Shown here in pieces: positions 1-10,818 of a stretch of DNA of 64,000 nucleotides (within the stretch, counting starts at the first letter, position 1; each line of letters starts with the position of its first letter). The position numbers and the translations under genes are program-made. The DNA comes from an uncultured Solirubrobacteraceae bacterium (GTDB lineage: Bacteria; Actinomycetota; Thermoleophilia; Solirubrobacterales; Solirubrobacteraceae). The notes under the pieces were generated by a model. It saw only the letters and a list, made by a program, of their open reading frames with translations. It was not told the origin of the DNA and ran no database searches. The stretch is from the NCBI GenBank assembly GCA_963820745.1, contig CAWGBB010000006.1, forward strand, positions 110,415 to 174,414. Reading direction: 5' to 3'.

Positions 1-1273
1 GACCCCGTTCGCGCCGCCGGCGAGGGCGAACGTCGAGGCGACGATCGGCGAGGCGAGGCTCGTGCCGCCGTACGTGCACCAGCCCGGTTCGGTGTGCAGG
101 ACGCCTTCTTCGACGTATTCGCTTTCGCACAGCCCGCGCGGCGCGTCGGTGTCGCGGACCGCGACGCCGCTGTAGGGGTCGGCGTCAGCCGAGACGTCGG
201 CGACCGCGCGTTTGCTCGCGCAGCCGATCGCGGTCCAGTCGGCGGCCTGCTGCTGCCAGGCGGGCGCGGTGAAGACGACGCTGCAGCCACCCCCGCCCGC
301 GCCGGAGCCGTTCCAGACGCTCTCGCCCTGCCAGATGCCGCCGGGGGCGAGCGTCGTCAGCCGCGTGCCCCCGACCGACACGACGTGCGGCGAGGACAGC
401 CGGGTACTGCGTGATGTTGCGTTGGCCCGAGGGCGCGGCCCAGTTGCGGAAGCCGTCGTCACCGGCGGAGGCCGTGATCACGATGCCGGGGTCGTAGAAG
501 GGCGCGTGCTGATCGCTCGCCGGTTCGATGAACCCCTCTGACGTGCCCCACGAGTTGGAGATCACGGTTGCGCCCAGCGCCTCCGCGCGGCCCTCGGCTT
601 CGACGAGGTTTTCGTTGGCCGGGTCGTTCGCCTCGACGAGCAGGATGTGGCAGCTCTGGCAGGTCGCGTGGGCGGTCTCGATGTCGAGCGAGATCTCGGT
701 TCCCCAGCCCGCGATTTCTTCAGCTTCTTCTTTGACTTCTTCGGTGGGCGATTCCCACAGCGCTTCGAGTTCGGCGGTCGTTGTCGGGAACGGGAGCGGC
801 GCGCCCGATTTCTGCGAGACCTGGTCGAAGCACCCGTTCGCTTTCGTGCACAGAGGCAGGCCGAATTCTTCGCTGTAGAACTTCAGGTCCGCTTCCGCAT
901 TCGGGTCGTTGTACGCGTCGACGATCGCGATCGTCTGCGCGGAGGGGGCGCTCGTGGGAAGCGAGTAGACGCTGTGCAGGTCCTGGGGGCGCAGGCCGAA
1001 CTCCCCCGTTTTCGGCGAGGGCACGTGTGGCCGCGCGCGGCCGGCACGGCGGGCCATGCCGAGCGGATGCGTGTGCCGCTTCGCTTCAGGGGTGACAGGC
1101 ACCAGCTGCAATGCCAGGCAGCTCGCGAAGCCCGGCGGCGGTTCGCTGCAGGCTGCGCGCACCGCGTAATCCGATTCCGGCAGCGGCGTTTCTTCGGCCG
1201 TCGCCACGGACGGCACGGCGAGCGCCGCGAGCAGGGCGAGCAGCGGGGGGATCTTGAGCAGGGGCGAGCGCAT
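1..1273 (-). CDS. Secreted S53/S8 subtilisin-like (sedolisin-type) serine peptidase, 3' end runs off the window; frameshift near 400
   Basis: Signal peptide MRSPLLKIPPLLALLAALAVPSVATA; motifs TIAIVDAY, EISLDIE, SNSWG, ASAGDDG; catalytic GGTSLASPIVA read on the minus strand at about 45-70. Confidence 0.85.
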
Positions 1274-1366
1274 TCTCCGATGCTTTCGGAAATCTGCTCG
1301 GCAGCGCGCCGGTTGTGCTTGAGCGCGGCCCGTCACGGCTGGACGCCTGCAGACGCTTGCCCGCGA

Positions 1367-1404
1367 GTCACCGGATCGTCACACCTTGGTCACGGCCGCG
1401 TCAC
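1367..1404. promoter_or_regulatory. Array of four GTCAC direct repeats with exact 11-bp period; candidate OmpR/PhoB-family (KdpE) binding site
   Basis: GTCAC at 1367, 1378, 1389 and 1400, in the divergent gap between the peptidase and kdpD. Confidence 0.65.
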
Positions 1405-1595
1405 GCTCCGCCGGCGCGCCGACGGAAATGATCCTCAGGACGGCGGCGCGCGACGGGCAGCGGGCGAGCGCGGCGCACCGCGAGCCCCGGGTGGGTGGGA
1501 CCCCATCAAAGCGGCCGCCGCGCCGCGCCTGCAGAGCGCAGCGGGCGGGGCGGGAGCGGCCTTCCCGCCCCGTTCGCAGTTACGCTGGATGCGAG

Positions 1596-3153
1596 ATGTC
1601 GCGCCTGGGCTTTCTGCTCGCTCCGGAGCCGCCGCCGCGGCGGGTGGGCATCGCCGTTGCGATCGTCGCGGTCGCCCTCTGCACGCTGATCATCGACCCG
1701 CTCGGACACGTCGCGCCGATCGCCTCGCTGAGCGTGGTCTACATCCCGGCGGTCCTCGTCGTGTCGGTGATCTGGGGTGGGGGCCTGGGCGTCCTCACGG
1801 CGGTGCTGAGCGCCGCCGCGTTCAACTTCTTCCACCTGCCTCCGACGGGCCACTTCACGATCCACGACTCGCGCAACTGGGTCGCGCTCGTCACCTTCCT
1901 GGTCGTCGCGATGCTCGCGAGCTGGCTCGCCGAGATCGTTCGCGCGCGCACGCGCGACGCGAACGAGCGAAGGCGGGAGGCCGACCTCGCGGCCGAGATG
2001 GCGCGCCTGCTGCTGCGCGGGAACAGCCTCGACGAGTCGCTGCGCACCGCTGCCGCGCGCCTCGCACAGACGTTCGAGCTGAGCTCGGCGGCGATCGAGA
2101 TGGAGGCGCGCGACGGCGACGAGCGCACGATCGCGTTCCCGTTGCGGGAAGGGAGCGCGCGGATCGGCACATTGCTCGTCGGCTCGGACACATCGGAGGC
2201 GAACCTGCGGCGGCTTCAGGAGCGCGTCGTGCCGGCGCTCGAGTCGCTGCTGAGCGCCGCGCTCGAGCGCGAGCGGCTGCTGGGCGGCACCGTCGAGACG
2301 GCCGCGCTGCGCCGCGCCGACGTCGTCAAGACCGCGCTGCTGCGTGCCGTCTCGCACGACCTGCGCTCGCCGCTGACCGCGATCTCCGCCGCCGGGGAGG
2401 CGCTGGCCTCGCCGGCGATCTCCGAGCCCGAGCGCGTCGAGATGGCGTCGGTGATCCAGCAGGAGACGCAGCGGCTCTCGCGGCTCGTCGACAACCTGCT
2501 GGACCTCTCGAGGCTGGAAGCGGGAGCCGCCGAGCCACGCCGGGAGTGGGTCTCGCTCGACGAGCTGATCCGCGCCGTCGGTGCTCGAAGCCGGCGGCGA
2601 CTCGAAAGACTTCTCGCTGTCGCTCGACCCGGACCTGCCGCTCGTGCGTCTGGATGCGGTGCAGATGGAGCGCGCGTTCGTCAACGTCCTCGAGAACGCA
2701 CGCCGCCACTCGGGAGGCCACCCCGTGTCGGTGCGGGCGCGAGCGGTCCGCAGCCTTGCCCCATCGCGCCGCCCGGCCTCGGACGGGGACGCGCCGCCGG
2801 AGGCTACGGCGAGCCGGGCTCTCGGCGACCGCCTGATCGTCCGCATCGTCGATCGCGGGCCGGGCATCCCGCCGGCCCAGCTCGAGCGCGTGTTCGAACC
2901 CTTCTACCGGGCCGGCACTCCCGGGGGCGAACACCGCGGCTCGGGACTGGGGCTTGCGATCGCGCGCGGGTTCACCGAAGCCAACGGCGGCACGCTCCGC
3001 GTCGAGTCGCTGCCCGGGCAGGGCGCCACGTTCGTGTTCGAACTGCCGATCGTCGAGGCGGGCGCGAGCGCCGATGGCGCGGGTGCAGGCTCGGACGAGG
3101 GCGAGCGTCCGCCCGCGGGGGCCGCCGCGGTGCGCGGCGAGCACCGGGCGTGA
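1596..3153 (+). CDS. kdpD: KdpD-like sensor histidine kinase, membrane (DUF4118) + HisKA + HATPase only, no N-terminal KdpD/Usp domains; frameshift near 2580
   Basis: Four TM helices with AFNFFHLPP; H-box VSHDLRSPL; NVLENA, DRGPGI and GSGLGLAI boxes in ORF 2581..3153; adjacent to kdpE and kdpFACB. Confidence 0.85.
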
Positions 3154-3866
3154 GCGAGACCCAGCCGGACGCCGCGCCGCGGCCGCGCGTCCTCGTCGTC
3201 GACGACGAGCCGCAGATCGTGCGGGCTCTGAAAGTGGTGCTGCGCGAGGCGGGCTTCGACGCGTTCGCCGCCGAAACGGCCGCCGAGGCGCTCGACGCCG
3301 CGGCCGTGCGCCCGCCCGAGGCAGCGATCGTCGACCTCGTGCTGCCCGACGGGGACGGCATCGATCTCACGCGCAGGCTGCGCGAGTGGAGCGAGATGCC
3401 GATCCTGGTGCTCTCCGCGGTCGGCGAGGAGAGCCAGAAGGTCAGGGCGCTCGAGGCGGGCGCCGACGACTACGTGACCAAGCCGTTCGGCACCCGCGAG
3501 CTGATCGCGCGGCTGCACGCCGCACTGCGGCGGGCGGGCCGCGCGGATGAAGAACCCACGATCGTCGTCGACGGCCTGGAGATCGACCTCGCCGCGCGCG
3601 TCGTGCGGGCCGGCGGCGAGCCGGTTCACCTCACACCGATCGAGTTCGACCTGCTGCGCGCGCTCGCGCGCAACCGTGGCCGCCTGATGACCCACCGCAA
3701 GCTCCTCCTCGACGTGTGGGGTCCCGAGTACGTCGACGACATCCAGCCGCTTCGCACGCACATCGCGCGGCTGCGGGCCAAGATCGAGCCCGTCGCACAC
3801 GACGGCGCTCAGGGACCGAGGTACATCCTCACTGAGCCCGGCGTCGGCTACCGCTTCGTGGACTAG
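3150..3866 (+). CDS. kdpE: KdpE-type OmpR-family response regulator
   Basis: GTG start overlaps the kinase stop (GTGA); VLVVDDEPQI, DLVLPDGDG, GADDYVTKPF, YILTEPGVGYRF. Confidence 0.92.
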   Translation: MSETQPDAAPRPRVLVVDDEPQIVRALKVVLREAGFDAFAAETAAEALDAAAVRPPEAAIVDLVLPDGDGIDLTRRLREWSEMPILVLSAVGEESQKVRALEAGADDYVTKPFGTRELIARLHAALRRAGRADEEPTIVVDGLEIDLAARVVRAGGEPVHLTPIEFDLLRALARNRGRLMTHRKLLLDVWGPEYVDDIQPLRTHIARLRAKIEPVAHDGAQGPRYILTEPGVGYRFVD

Positions 3867-3876
3867 GGCGTTCAGC

Positions 3877-3900
3877 GCGCCCGCGGCGCGCCGCGGGCGC
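3877..3900. terminator. GC-rich perfect palindrome after kdpE, possible terminator
   Basis: GCGCCCGCGGCG/CGCCGCGGGCGC, 24 bp, 10 nt after the kdpE stop; no U-tract. Confidence 0.45.
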
Positions 3901-3901
3901 C

Positions 3902-3967
3902 GTCACGACAATCGTTATGGCTGTCAGCCACTTCGTGATGGCACTGTGACGCCTGCCGTCGCAGACT
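3902..3967 (+). promoter_or_regulatory. kdp operon promoter with phased GTNA repeats and a -10-like CAGACT
   Basis: GTCAC 3902, GTTAT 3914, GTCAG 3923, GTGAT 3935, GTGAC 3946; TCGTTATGGC and TCGTGATGGC start 21 bp apart; CAGACT lies 7 nt before ATG 3975. Confidence 0.5.
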
Positions 3968-3974
3968 GACCGTC

Positions 3975-4055
3975 ATGGACATCTTGGCAATCGCGCTCGG
4001 GATCGTGACGTTCGCGATCCTGCTCGTCCTGATCGAGGGGATCGACCGGATATGA
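3975..4055 (+). CDS. 26-aa hydrophobic peptide upstream of kdpF
   Basis: MDILAIALGIVTFAILLVLIEGIDRI, a single TM helix; not in the ORF track, read by hand. Confidence 0.7.
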   Translation: MDILAIALGIVTFAILLVLIEGIDRI

Positions 4056-4083
4056 GCTCGGCGAAGGCAAAGGGGATGCGCTC

Positions 4084-4173
4084 ATGAGCGGCGCGGACAT
4101 CTTCGGCCTCGTCGTCTCGGTCCTCGTGATCGTCTACCTGTTCTACGCGCTGATCCGCGGGGAGAAGCTCTGA
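4084..4173 (+). CDS. kdpF: K+-transporting ATPase subunit F
   Basis: MSGADIFGLVVSVLVIVYLFYALIRGEKL, 29 aa with the KdpF-type YLxYALxRxEK end, 1 nt before kdpA. Confidence 0.9.
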   Translation: MSGADIFGLVVSVLVIVYLFYALIRGEKL

Positions 4174-4174
4174 G

Positions 4175-5965
4175 ATGACGTTCTCCGGCTGGGCGACGAT
4201 CTTCGGCTTCGTTCTGATCCTGACGGCGCTGGCGTTCCCGCTCGGGCTCATACCTGGCCAAGGTCTACACGGGCCAGCGCGTGATCCTCACGCCGGTCCT
4301 CGGCGGCGCCGAGCGGTTCATCTACCGGATCCTGCGCGTCGACCCGGAGGCCCCGCAGGACTGGAAGCAGTACGCCAAAAGCCTCATCATCTTCTCGCTC
4401 GCGGGCTGGCTGCTGCTCTACCTGATCCTGCGCACGCAGACGCTGTGGGACTTCACCGGCCTGAACCCGCAGCACTTCAAATCCGGCACCTGGGACCTGT
4501 CGTTCAACACGACCTCGTCGTTCCTGACGAACACCAACTGGCAGTACTACGGCGGCGAGACGACGCTCAGCTACTTCAGCCAGATGGCGGGCCTGACCGT
4601 GCAGAACTTCCTCTCCGCCGGCATCGGGATCATCGTGGCCGTCGCGCTCGTGCGGGGCATCGTCGGCCGCAGCGGCAAGAGCCTCGGCAACTTCTGGCAC
4701 GACCTCGTGCGCACGCTGCTCTACGTGATGCTCCCGATCGCCATCATCGGCGCGATCATCCTGCTCTCGCAGGGCGTGATCCAGAACTTCGGGAGCTACC
4801 TGACCGCCCACACCCTGACGGGGGCCGACGCAGTCGATCGCGATGGGGCCCGTCGCCTCGCAGGAGGTGATCAAGGAGCTCGGCACCAACGGCGGCGGCT
4901 TCTTCAACGTCAACTCCGCGCATCCGTTCGAGAACCCGACCGCGTTCACCAACTTCTTCGAGATGCTGCTGGTGCTGATCATCCCGGCGGCGCTGATCTT
5001 CATGTACGGGCGCATGACCGGCAACCGCCGGCAGGGCTACGCGGTCTACGGCGTCGTGATGTTCATGTTCCTCGGCGCGGTCATCGTCGCCTACATCGCC
5101 GAGGCCCACGGCTCGCCCGCGCAGCATGCGGCCGGTGTTCACACCCACGCCATCGCAGGGTCTTCCGGCGGCAACCTCGAAGGCAAGGAGCAGCGCTTCG
5201 GGATCGCCGGCTCGGCGCTGTTCAACGTCATCACGACCGTCACCTCCTGCGGCGCGGTGAACAGCGCAATGGAGTCCTACACCGGCATCGGCGGCGCCGT
5301 GCCGTTCGCCAACCTCTCGGCGTCCGAGGTGATCTTCGGCGGCGTCGGCACCGGCCTCTACTCGATCCTGCTCTACGTCCTGCTGGCCGTCTTCATCGGC
5401 GGGCTGATGGTGGGACGCACCCCGGAGTGGCTCGGCAAGAAGCTCGAGGCAAGGGAGATCAAGCTCGCGGGTCTCGCGATCCTGATCACGCCCCTGGCCG
5501 CTCTGTTCTGCACCGCGATGGGCGTCGCCACGAGCGCAGGGACCAAATCGATCTCGGAAGGGGCGATGGCGAAGGGCGGCGGTCACGCGCCGCAGGGCTT
5601 CTCGGAGACCTTCTACGCGTACCTCTCCCAGGCCAACAACAACGGCTCCGCGTTCGCGGGCTACACCGGCTACATCCAGCCGAACGCCGGCAACGCGGGC
5701 GCGCACGGCATCACCTTCGCGAACCTGCTCGGCGGCTTCGACATGCTCGTCGCCCGCTACGGGCCGATCCTGCTTCACACTCGCCGTCGCGGGCGCGCTC
5801 GCCGGCAAGCGCTTCACCCCCGCCGGGCTGGGCACGATGCGCACCGACAACACCACCTTCTCGGTGCTGCTGATCGGCGTGATCATCCTCGTCGGCGCGC
5901 TCACCTTCTTCCCCGCTCTGCTGCTCGGACCGATCGTGCAGGGCCTGACAGGACACCTCTACTGA
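4175..5965 (+). CDS. kdpA: K+-transporting ATPase subunit A; frameshifts near 4250, 4825 and 5775
   Basis: [62 protein letters not shown]. Confidence 0.95.
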
Positions 5966-5966
5966 G

Positions 5967-6626
5967 ATGCGCAAAGAGATCGTCACATCCGTCATCGCGA
6001 TCGTCTTCTTCACCCTGCTGCTGGGGATCGCCTACCCGCTCGTGATCACGGGCGTCTCACAGGTCGACCTTCCCCGGCAACGCCAACGGCCAGAAGGTCT
6101 ACGTGAACGGCAAGCTGGTCGGCTCCAAGTCGCATCGGGCAGAGCTTCAAGCGGCCGGTGCATCGGCAAGAACGGCAAGCCGGAGGAAAAGGAAGAAGAA
6201 GTCGTCACCGAACCCGACCCGCGCTACTTCCAGTCGCGCCCGTCGGCGACGGAAGGCGGCGAATACAACGCGGCCGCGAGCGCCTTCTCCAACCGTGGCC
6301 CCAACAGCGTCGTGACGAAGGAAGACGACGAAGAAAACCTCAAGGGATACCTGGAACTCGAGAGGCCGTATGACCCGGGGCTGACCTCCGCGCGAGTCCC
6401 GGTCGACGCCGTGAACACCTCGGCCTCCAACCTCGACCCCGACATCTCGCAGGCCAACGCCCGGATCCAGGCGCACCGCATCGCGTCGGTACGCCACCTG
6501 TCGCTCGCGACCGTGGACGGCCTGATCAAGAACTACACGAGCGAGCGCGGGCTCCTCGTCTTCGGCGAGCCCGCCGTCAACGTCCTCGAGCTCAACCTCG
6601 CCCTCGACCGTCTGAAAGCAGCCTGA
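5967..6626 (+). CDS. kdpC: K+-transporting ATPase subunit C; compensating frameshifts at about 6065-6160
   Basis: GIAYPLVITGVSQ, YFQSRPSA, SASNLDPDIS, GEPAVNVLELNLALD. Confidence 0.93.
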   Translation: MRKEIVTSVIAIVFFTLLLGIAYPLVITGVSQVDLPRQRQRPEGLRERQAGRLQVASGRASSGRCIGKNGKPEEKEEEVVTEPDPRYFQSRPSATEGGEYNAAASAFSNRGPNSVVTKEDDEENLKGYLELERPYDPGLTSARVPVDAVNTSASNLDPDISQANARIQAHRIASVRHLSLATVDGLIKNYTSERGLLVFGEPAVNVLELNLALDRLKAA

Positions 6627-6628
6627 CC

Positions 6629-8736
6629 GTGTCCTCACCCGCCCCCACCGCACCCGAGCCCGCCGCCGCCCCGCACGAGCGCCGCGCGATCTCGCTGTTC
6701 CAGCGCGACATCGTCGTGCCGGCGCTGATCGAGAGCGTCAAGAAGCTCGACCCGCGCGTGCAGATCCGCAACCCGGTGATGTTCGTGGTCGAGATCGGCT
6801 CGATCATCACGACCTTCACCTGGCTCAAACAGGTCTTCGGCGGCAAGCCGCTCGGCGGCGGCACCGAGCCCGCCTGGTACACGTTCCTGATCTCGCTGTG
6901 GCTGTGGCTGACGGTGATCTTCGCCAACCTCGCCGAGGCATTCGCCGAGGGACGCGGGCGCGCCCAGGCGGACACGCTGCGCGCGATGCGCAAGGAGACC
7001 GTCGCGAAGCTCGTCGACGGCGGCACGAAGTCCGCCTCGGAGCTCGCCCGCGGCGACGTGGTCGTGGTCGAGGCCGGCGAGCTGATCCCGGGCGACGGCA
7101 CGGTGATCGAAGGCATCGCGACCGTCGACGAGTCGGCGATCACCGGCGAGTCGGCGCCCGTGATCCGGGAGTCCGGCGGCGACCGCAGCGCCGTCACGGG
7201 CGGCACGCGCGTCACCTCCGACCGGATCGTGGTCGAGATCACGCAGGAACCCGGGCAGTCGTTCCTCGACCGCATGATCGGCCTCGTCGAGGGCGCCGCG
7301 CGCCGCAAGACCCCCAACGAGATCGCGCTGAACATCCTGCTCGCCGCGCTGACGCTGATCTTCGTGATCGTCGTCGCGACGCTGCGTCCGTTCGGGCTCT
7401 TCGCGGGCACGAGCGATCTCGGAGACGACGTTGATCGCCCTGCTCGTGGCGCTGATCCCGACGACGATCGGCGCGCTGCTGTCCGCGATCGGGATCGCCG
7501 GCATCGACCGCCTCGTGCGGCGCAACGTGCTCGCGCTCTCCGGCCGCGCGGTCGAGGCCTCCGGCGACATCGACGTGCTGCTGCTCGACAAGACCGGCAC
7601 GATCACGATCGGCAACCGGCTCGCGAGCGAGTTCATCCCGATGCCCGGCGTCGCCGGAGTCCGAGCTGGCGGAAGCGGCGCAGCTCTCCTCGCTCGCCGA
7701 CGAGACGCCGGAGGGCCGCTCGATCGTGGTGCTGGCCAAGAAATACGGGATCCGCGAGCACGACATGGCCTCGATCCAGGCCGAGTTCATCCCCTTCACG
7801 GCGCAGACGCGCATGAGCGGCATCGACTACGACGGCCAGCAGCTGCGCAAGGGCGCGGGCGACGCGATCATCGAGATGGTGGTCCGCGAGGGCGGCTCGC
7901 CGCCGCCGGAGCTCCAGCGGGAGCTCGACCGCATCGGCAGCGAGGGCGGCACGCCGCTCGCCGTCTCGCGCAACAACCAGGTGCTCGGCGTCATCTACCT
8001 CAAGGACACGATCAAGGAGGGCATGAAGGCCCGCTTCGACCACCTGCGCGCGATGGGCATCAAAACCGTGATGGTGACGGGCGACAACAAGCTCACCGCC
8101 GCGAAGATCGCCGAGGAGTCGGGCGTGGACGACTTCCTCGCCGAAGCGACGCCCGAGCGCAAGCTCGCGCTGATCCGCGAGGAGCAGGCCGAGGGACGGC
8201 TCGTCGCGATGACCGGTGACGGCACCAACGACGCCCCCGCGCTCGCGCAGGCCGACGTCGGCGTGGCCATGAACACCGGCACCCAGGCCGCGCGCGAGGC
8301 CGGCAACATGGTCGACCTCGACTCCAACCCGACGAAGCTGATCGAGATCGTCGAGGTCGGCAAGCAGCTGCTGATCACGCGCGGGGCGCTGACCACCTTC
8401 TCGATCGCCAACGACGTCGCCAAGTACTTCGCGATCCTGCCCGCGATCTTCATCACGACGTGGGCGGCCGCGGGCGAAAAGGAAGGCCCGCTGTCGGCGC
8501 TGAACGTGATGAACCTCGGCAGCCCGCGCTCGGCGATCGTCTCCGCGATCATCTTCAACGCGCTCGTGATCCCGCTGCTGATCCCGATCGCGCTGCGCGG
8601 GGTCGCCTACCGGCCGATCGGCGCGAGCGCGCTGCTCCGCCGCAACCTGCTGATCTACGGCCTCGGCGGGATCATCGCGCCGTTCATCGGCATCAAGCTG
8701 ATCGACCTGATCGTCCACAACCTGCTCGGCGCCTGA
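6629..8736 (+). CDS. kdpB: K+-transporting P-type ATPase subunit B; frameshifts near 7415 and 7660
   Basis: [23 protein letters not shown] phosphorylation site, [16 protein letters not shown]. Confidence 0.96.
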
Positions 8737-8804
8737 GCGGCGCGCCGATCGGTCTGCCCCCCGGACCAGCGTGCGTCCCGCTCCGGCGCCGGCAGCCGTG
8801 TGAG

Positions 8805-9063
8805 ATGTCTCGTCCTCCGCACCGCCTACTCGTGTGCGACGACGAGCCGCAGGTCCTCAGGGCGCTTCGAGTGGTCCTACACGAGGCAGGGTTCGAGGCC
8901 GTCTGCGCCGACACCCTCGCCGCAGCGCGCGAGGCAGCCGCAGGATGCGCGGCGCACTGGTCGAAGCTCTCTGCGGGTGAGCCGAGCTGATCGTCGATTG
9001 CGGCTACTACCTGGACGGATCGCGCCAGCAGACGGGGCCGCTGTCGATCGAGCGCGCCGCTGA
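8805..9063 (+). pseudogene. Truncated or degenerate KdpE-like receiver fragment
   Basis: HRLLVCDDEPQVLRALRVVLHEAGFEAVCADT closely matches the KdpE N-terminus PRVLVVDDEPQIVRALKVVLREAGFDAFAAET; similarity is lost after about 45 aa. Confidence 0.6.
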
Positions 9064-9097
9064 GCACGCGGCCCGCCCGGGCCGCGCCGGGGCCGTC

Positions 9098-10169
9098 TCA
9101 GGCGAACAGGAACGCGATCGCGAGCCCGGTGTACGCGCCCAGCAGGCCCGCGCCGCGACGGCGCGTCGAGACGCCGTTGAACGTCGCCGCGGCAGCGAGC
9201 CAGCCGGCGCAGAGCAGCGCGGCCAGCTCGTAGCCGTTGAACACCAGCGGCATCCGCTCGGGGCCGATCACGATCGAGGCCAGCGCGACCAACGGCGCCA
9301 GCAGCAACCCGACCTGCGCGGCCGAGCCGACGGCGATGCTCACCGTCAGATCCATCTGGTCCTTGGCGGCGGCCACGACCGCGACGTAGTGCTCGGCGGC
9401 GTTGCCGACGATCGCGACGATGATCGCGCCGATGAAGAACTGCGAGAGACCGAGCTGCTGCGAGGTGTGCTCGACCGAGCCGACGAGCGTGTCGCTGACG
9501 ACCGCGACGAGCACCGGCCGCGACCGCGAGTGTCCACGCCGCGCGGCGGCGCGACCAGCGCGGCTCTCCCGGTGCGGCGCCCGCAAGCGCCTCGCGCTGG
9601 GTGCGCAGCGAGGTGCGCAGCCCGCGTGCGTAGACCGCGATCAGTACGAGCGCGACGACGATCGTTGTGGCCCACGCTGCACCTCCGGTGCTCACCTGCT
9701 CGATCCCCACGCGTGGCAGGGCGCCGCCTTCGGCGAGCAGGACGACGGACGGTACGACGAGCGCGGTCACACCGAGCAGCAGTGTCAGATCGAGCAAGCG
9801 CGCGGCTTTCTCGTGGAAGACCTGGCGCCGACGCCGCCAGCCGCCGGCGAGCATCGAGGCGCCCAGGACGAGCAGGGCGTTGCCCATCACCGATCCGACG
9901 AGCGACGCCTTGACGACCTCGTGCAGCCCGTCGCCGAGCGCGAACAGCGCGATTATCAGCTCCGGCGCGTTACCGAACGTGACGTTCAGCAGGCCCGCGA
10001 CGCCGGGACCCGAGCGCTCGGCCAGCTCCTCGGTGGCCTCGCCCATCAGCGCCGCGGCGGGGATCACCGCGACCGCGGAGACCGCAAAGGTGCTCGCCGC
10101 CGGCGCGTCGAGGAGGTCGAGGGCCAGGGCGGCCGGGACGAGGGCGAGCAAGTAGTAGACCGGCCGCAC
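9098..10169 (-). CDS. Ca2+/H+ antiporter (CAX/ChaA family); frameshift near 9520
   Basis: Alpha-repeat motifs TFGNAPELI and IVGNAAEH; many TM helices. Confidence 0.9.
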
Positions 10170-10220
10170 GGGCAGAACCCTAGACCCCGTGGGCGACCCC
10201 GTCGGACGGCGGCTCGTGCG

Positions 10221-10711
10221 CTAGACGTGGTCGGCGAGTCCGCTCAGCGCCGCGGCCGCGGCGTTGCGAAGGAGCCCGTCGCCGGACTCGACGTAAAGAG
10301 GCCCCGATCCGTCAGTCAGCAGCCGCCGCGCGAGTATCACGCCGCGGGCAGCGCCGACTTGCTCCTCCCGCAGCGCGCGTGCGAGCTCCTCGAGCTCCGG
10401 GCGCGCCGGGCGATCGCGTCGCGCGCCAGCGGGGCGGCCGACGGGGAGCGGCGCCGGCGGGCCGGCGCGGTCGCGAGCGCGTCCTCGAGACTCGCGGCGA
10501 GCGACGCGCGGCTCGAAGCGCGGGTGAGCTGGAACGAGCGAAGCGTCAGCTCAGGGGTCGTCACGGGCGCGGTGCCTTCGAGCAGCAGACGGTCGAGGCT
10601 CTCGTGGCTGGCGAGCACACGCAGGCGCGTCCACAGGGGCGCGACGCGACGACGGAAGCGTCGCCGGCGGGCGTGTGAGATCTGTGCGGCTGGGAAGCCG
10701 GGTGCTGACAT
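10221..10711 (-). CDS. Hypothetical protein of about 160 aa; frameshift near 10410
   Basis: ORF 10337..10711 continues in another frame as ...ARGVILARRLLTDGSGPLYVESGDGLLRNAAAALSGLADHV to TAG at 10221. Confidence 0.6.
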
Positions 10712-10757
10712 GTGCGCGGGGGAAAAGGGGCTGCCACACCAATCCTGGACCCGCGCT

Positions 10758-10808
10758 CGTCAAGACCGCGTCACGATTCGCGCGGTCGGCATCACGATCT
10801 CGTCAAGA
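10758..10808. promoter_or_regulatory. Second phased GTCA(C/A) repeat array, candidate KdpE site
   Basis: GTCAA 10759, GTCAC 10770, ATCAC 10791, GTCAA 10802 (spacings 11, 21, 11); CGTCAAGA occurs twice. Confidence 0.55.
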
Positions 10809-10818
10809 ACGGGCCGCC

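Noticed and set aside
1386-3866. 826-aa hybrid kinase-response regulator fusion
   Set aside because: Artefact of the frameshift near 2580; the HATPase domain is in another frame and ends at a GTGA overlap with kdpE
3867-3974. c-di-AMP (ydaO) riboswitch upstream of kdp
   Set aside because: The gap is only about 108 nt, lacks the ydaO consensus, and the first gene looks leaderless
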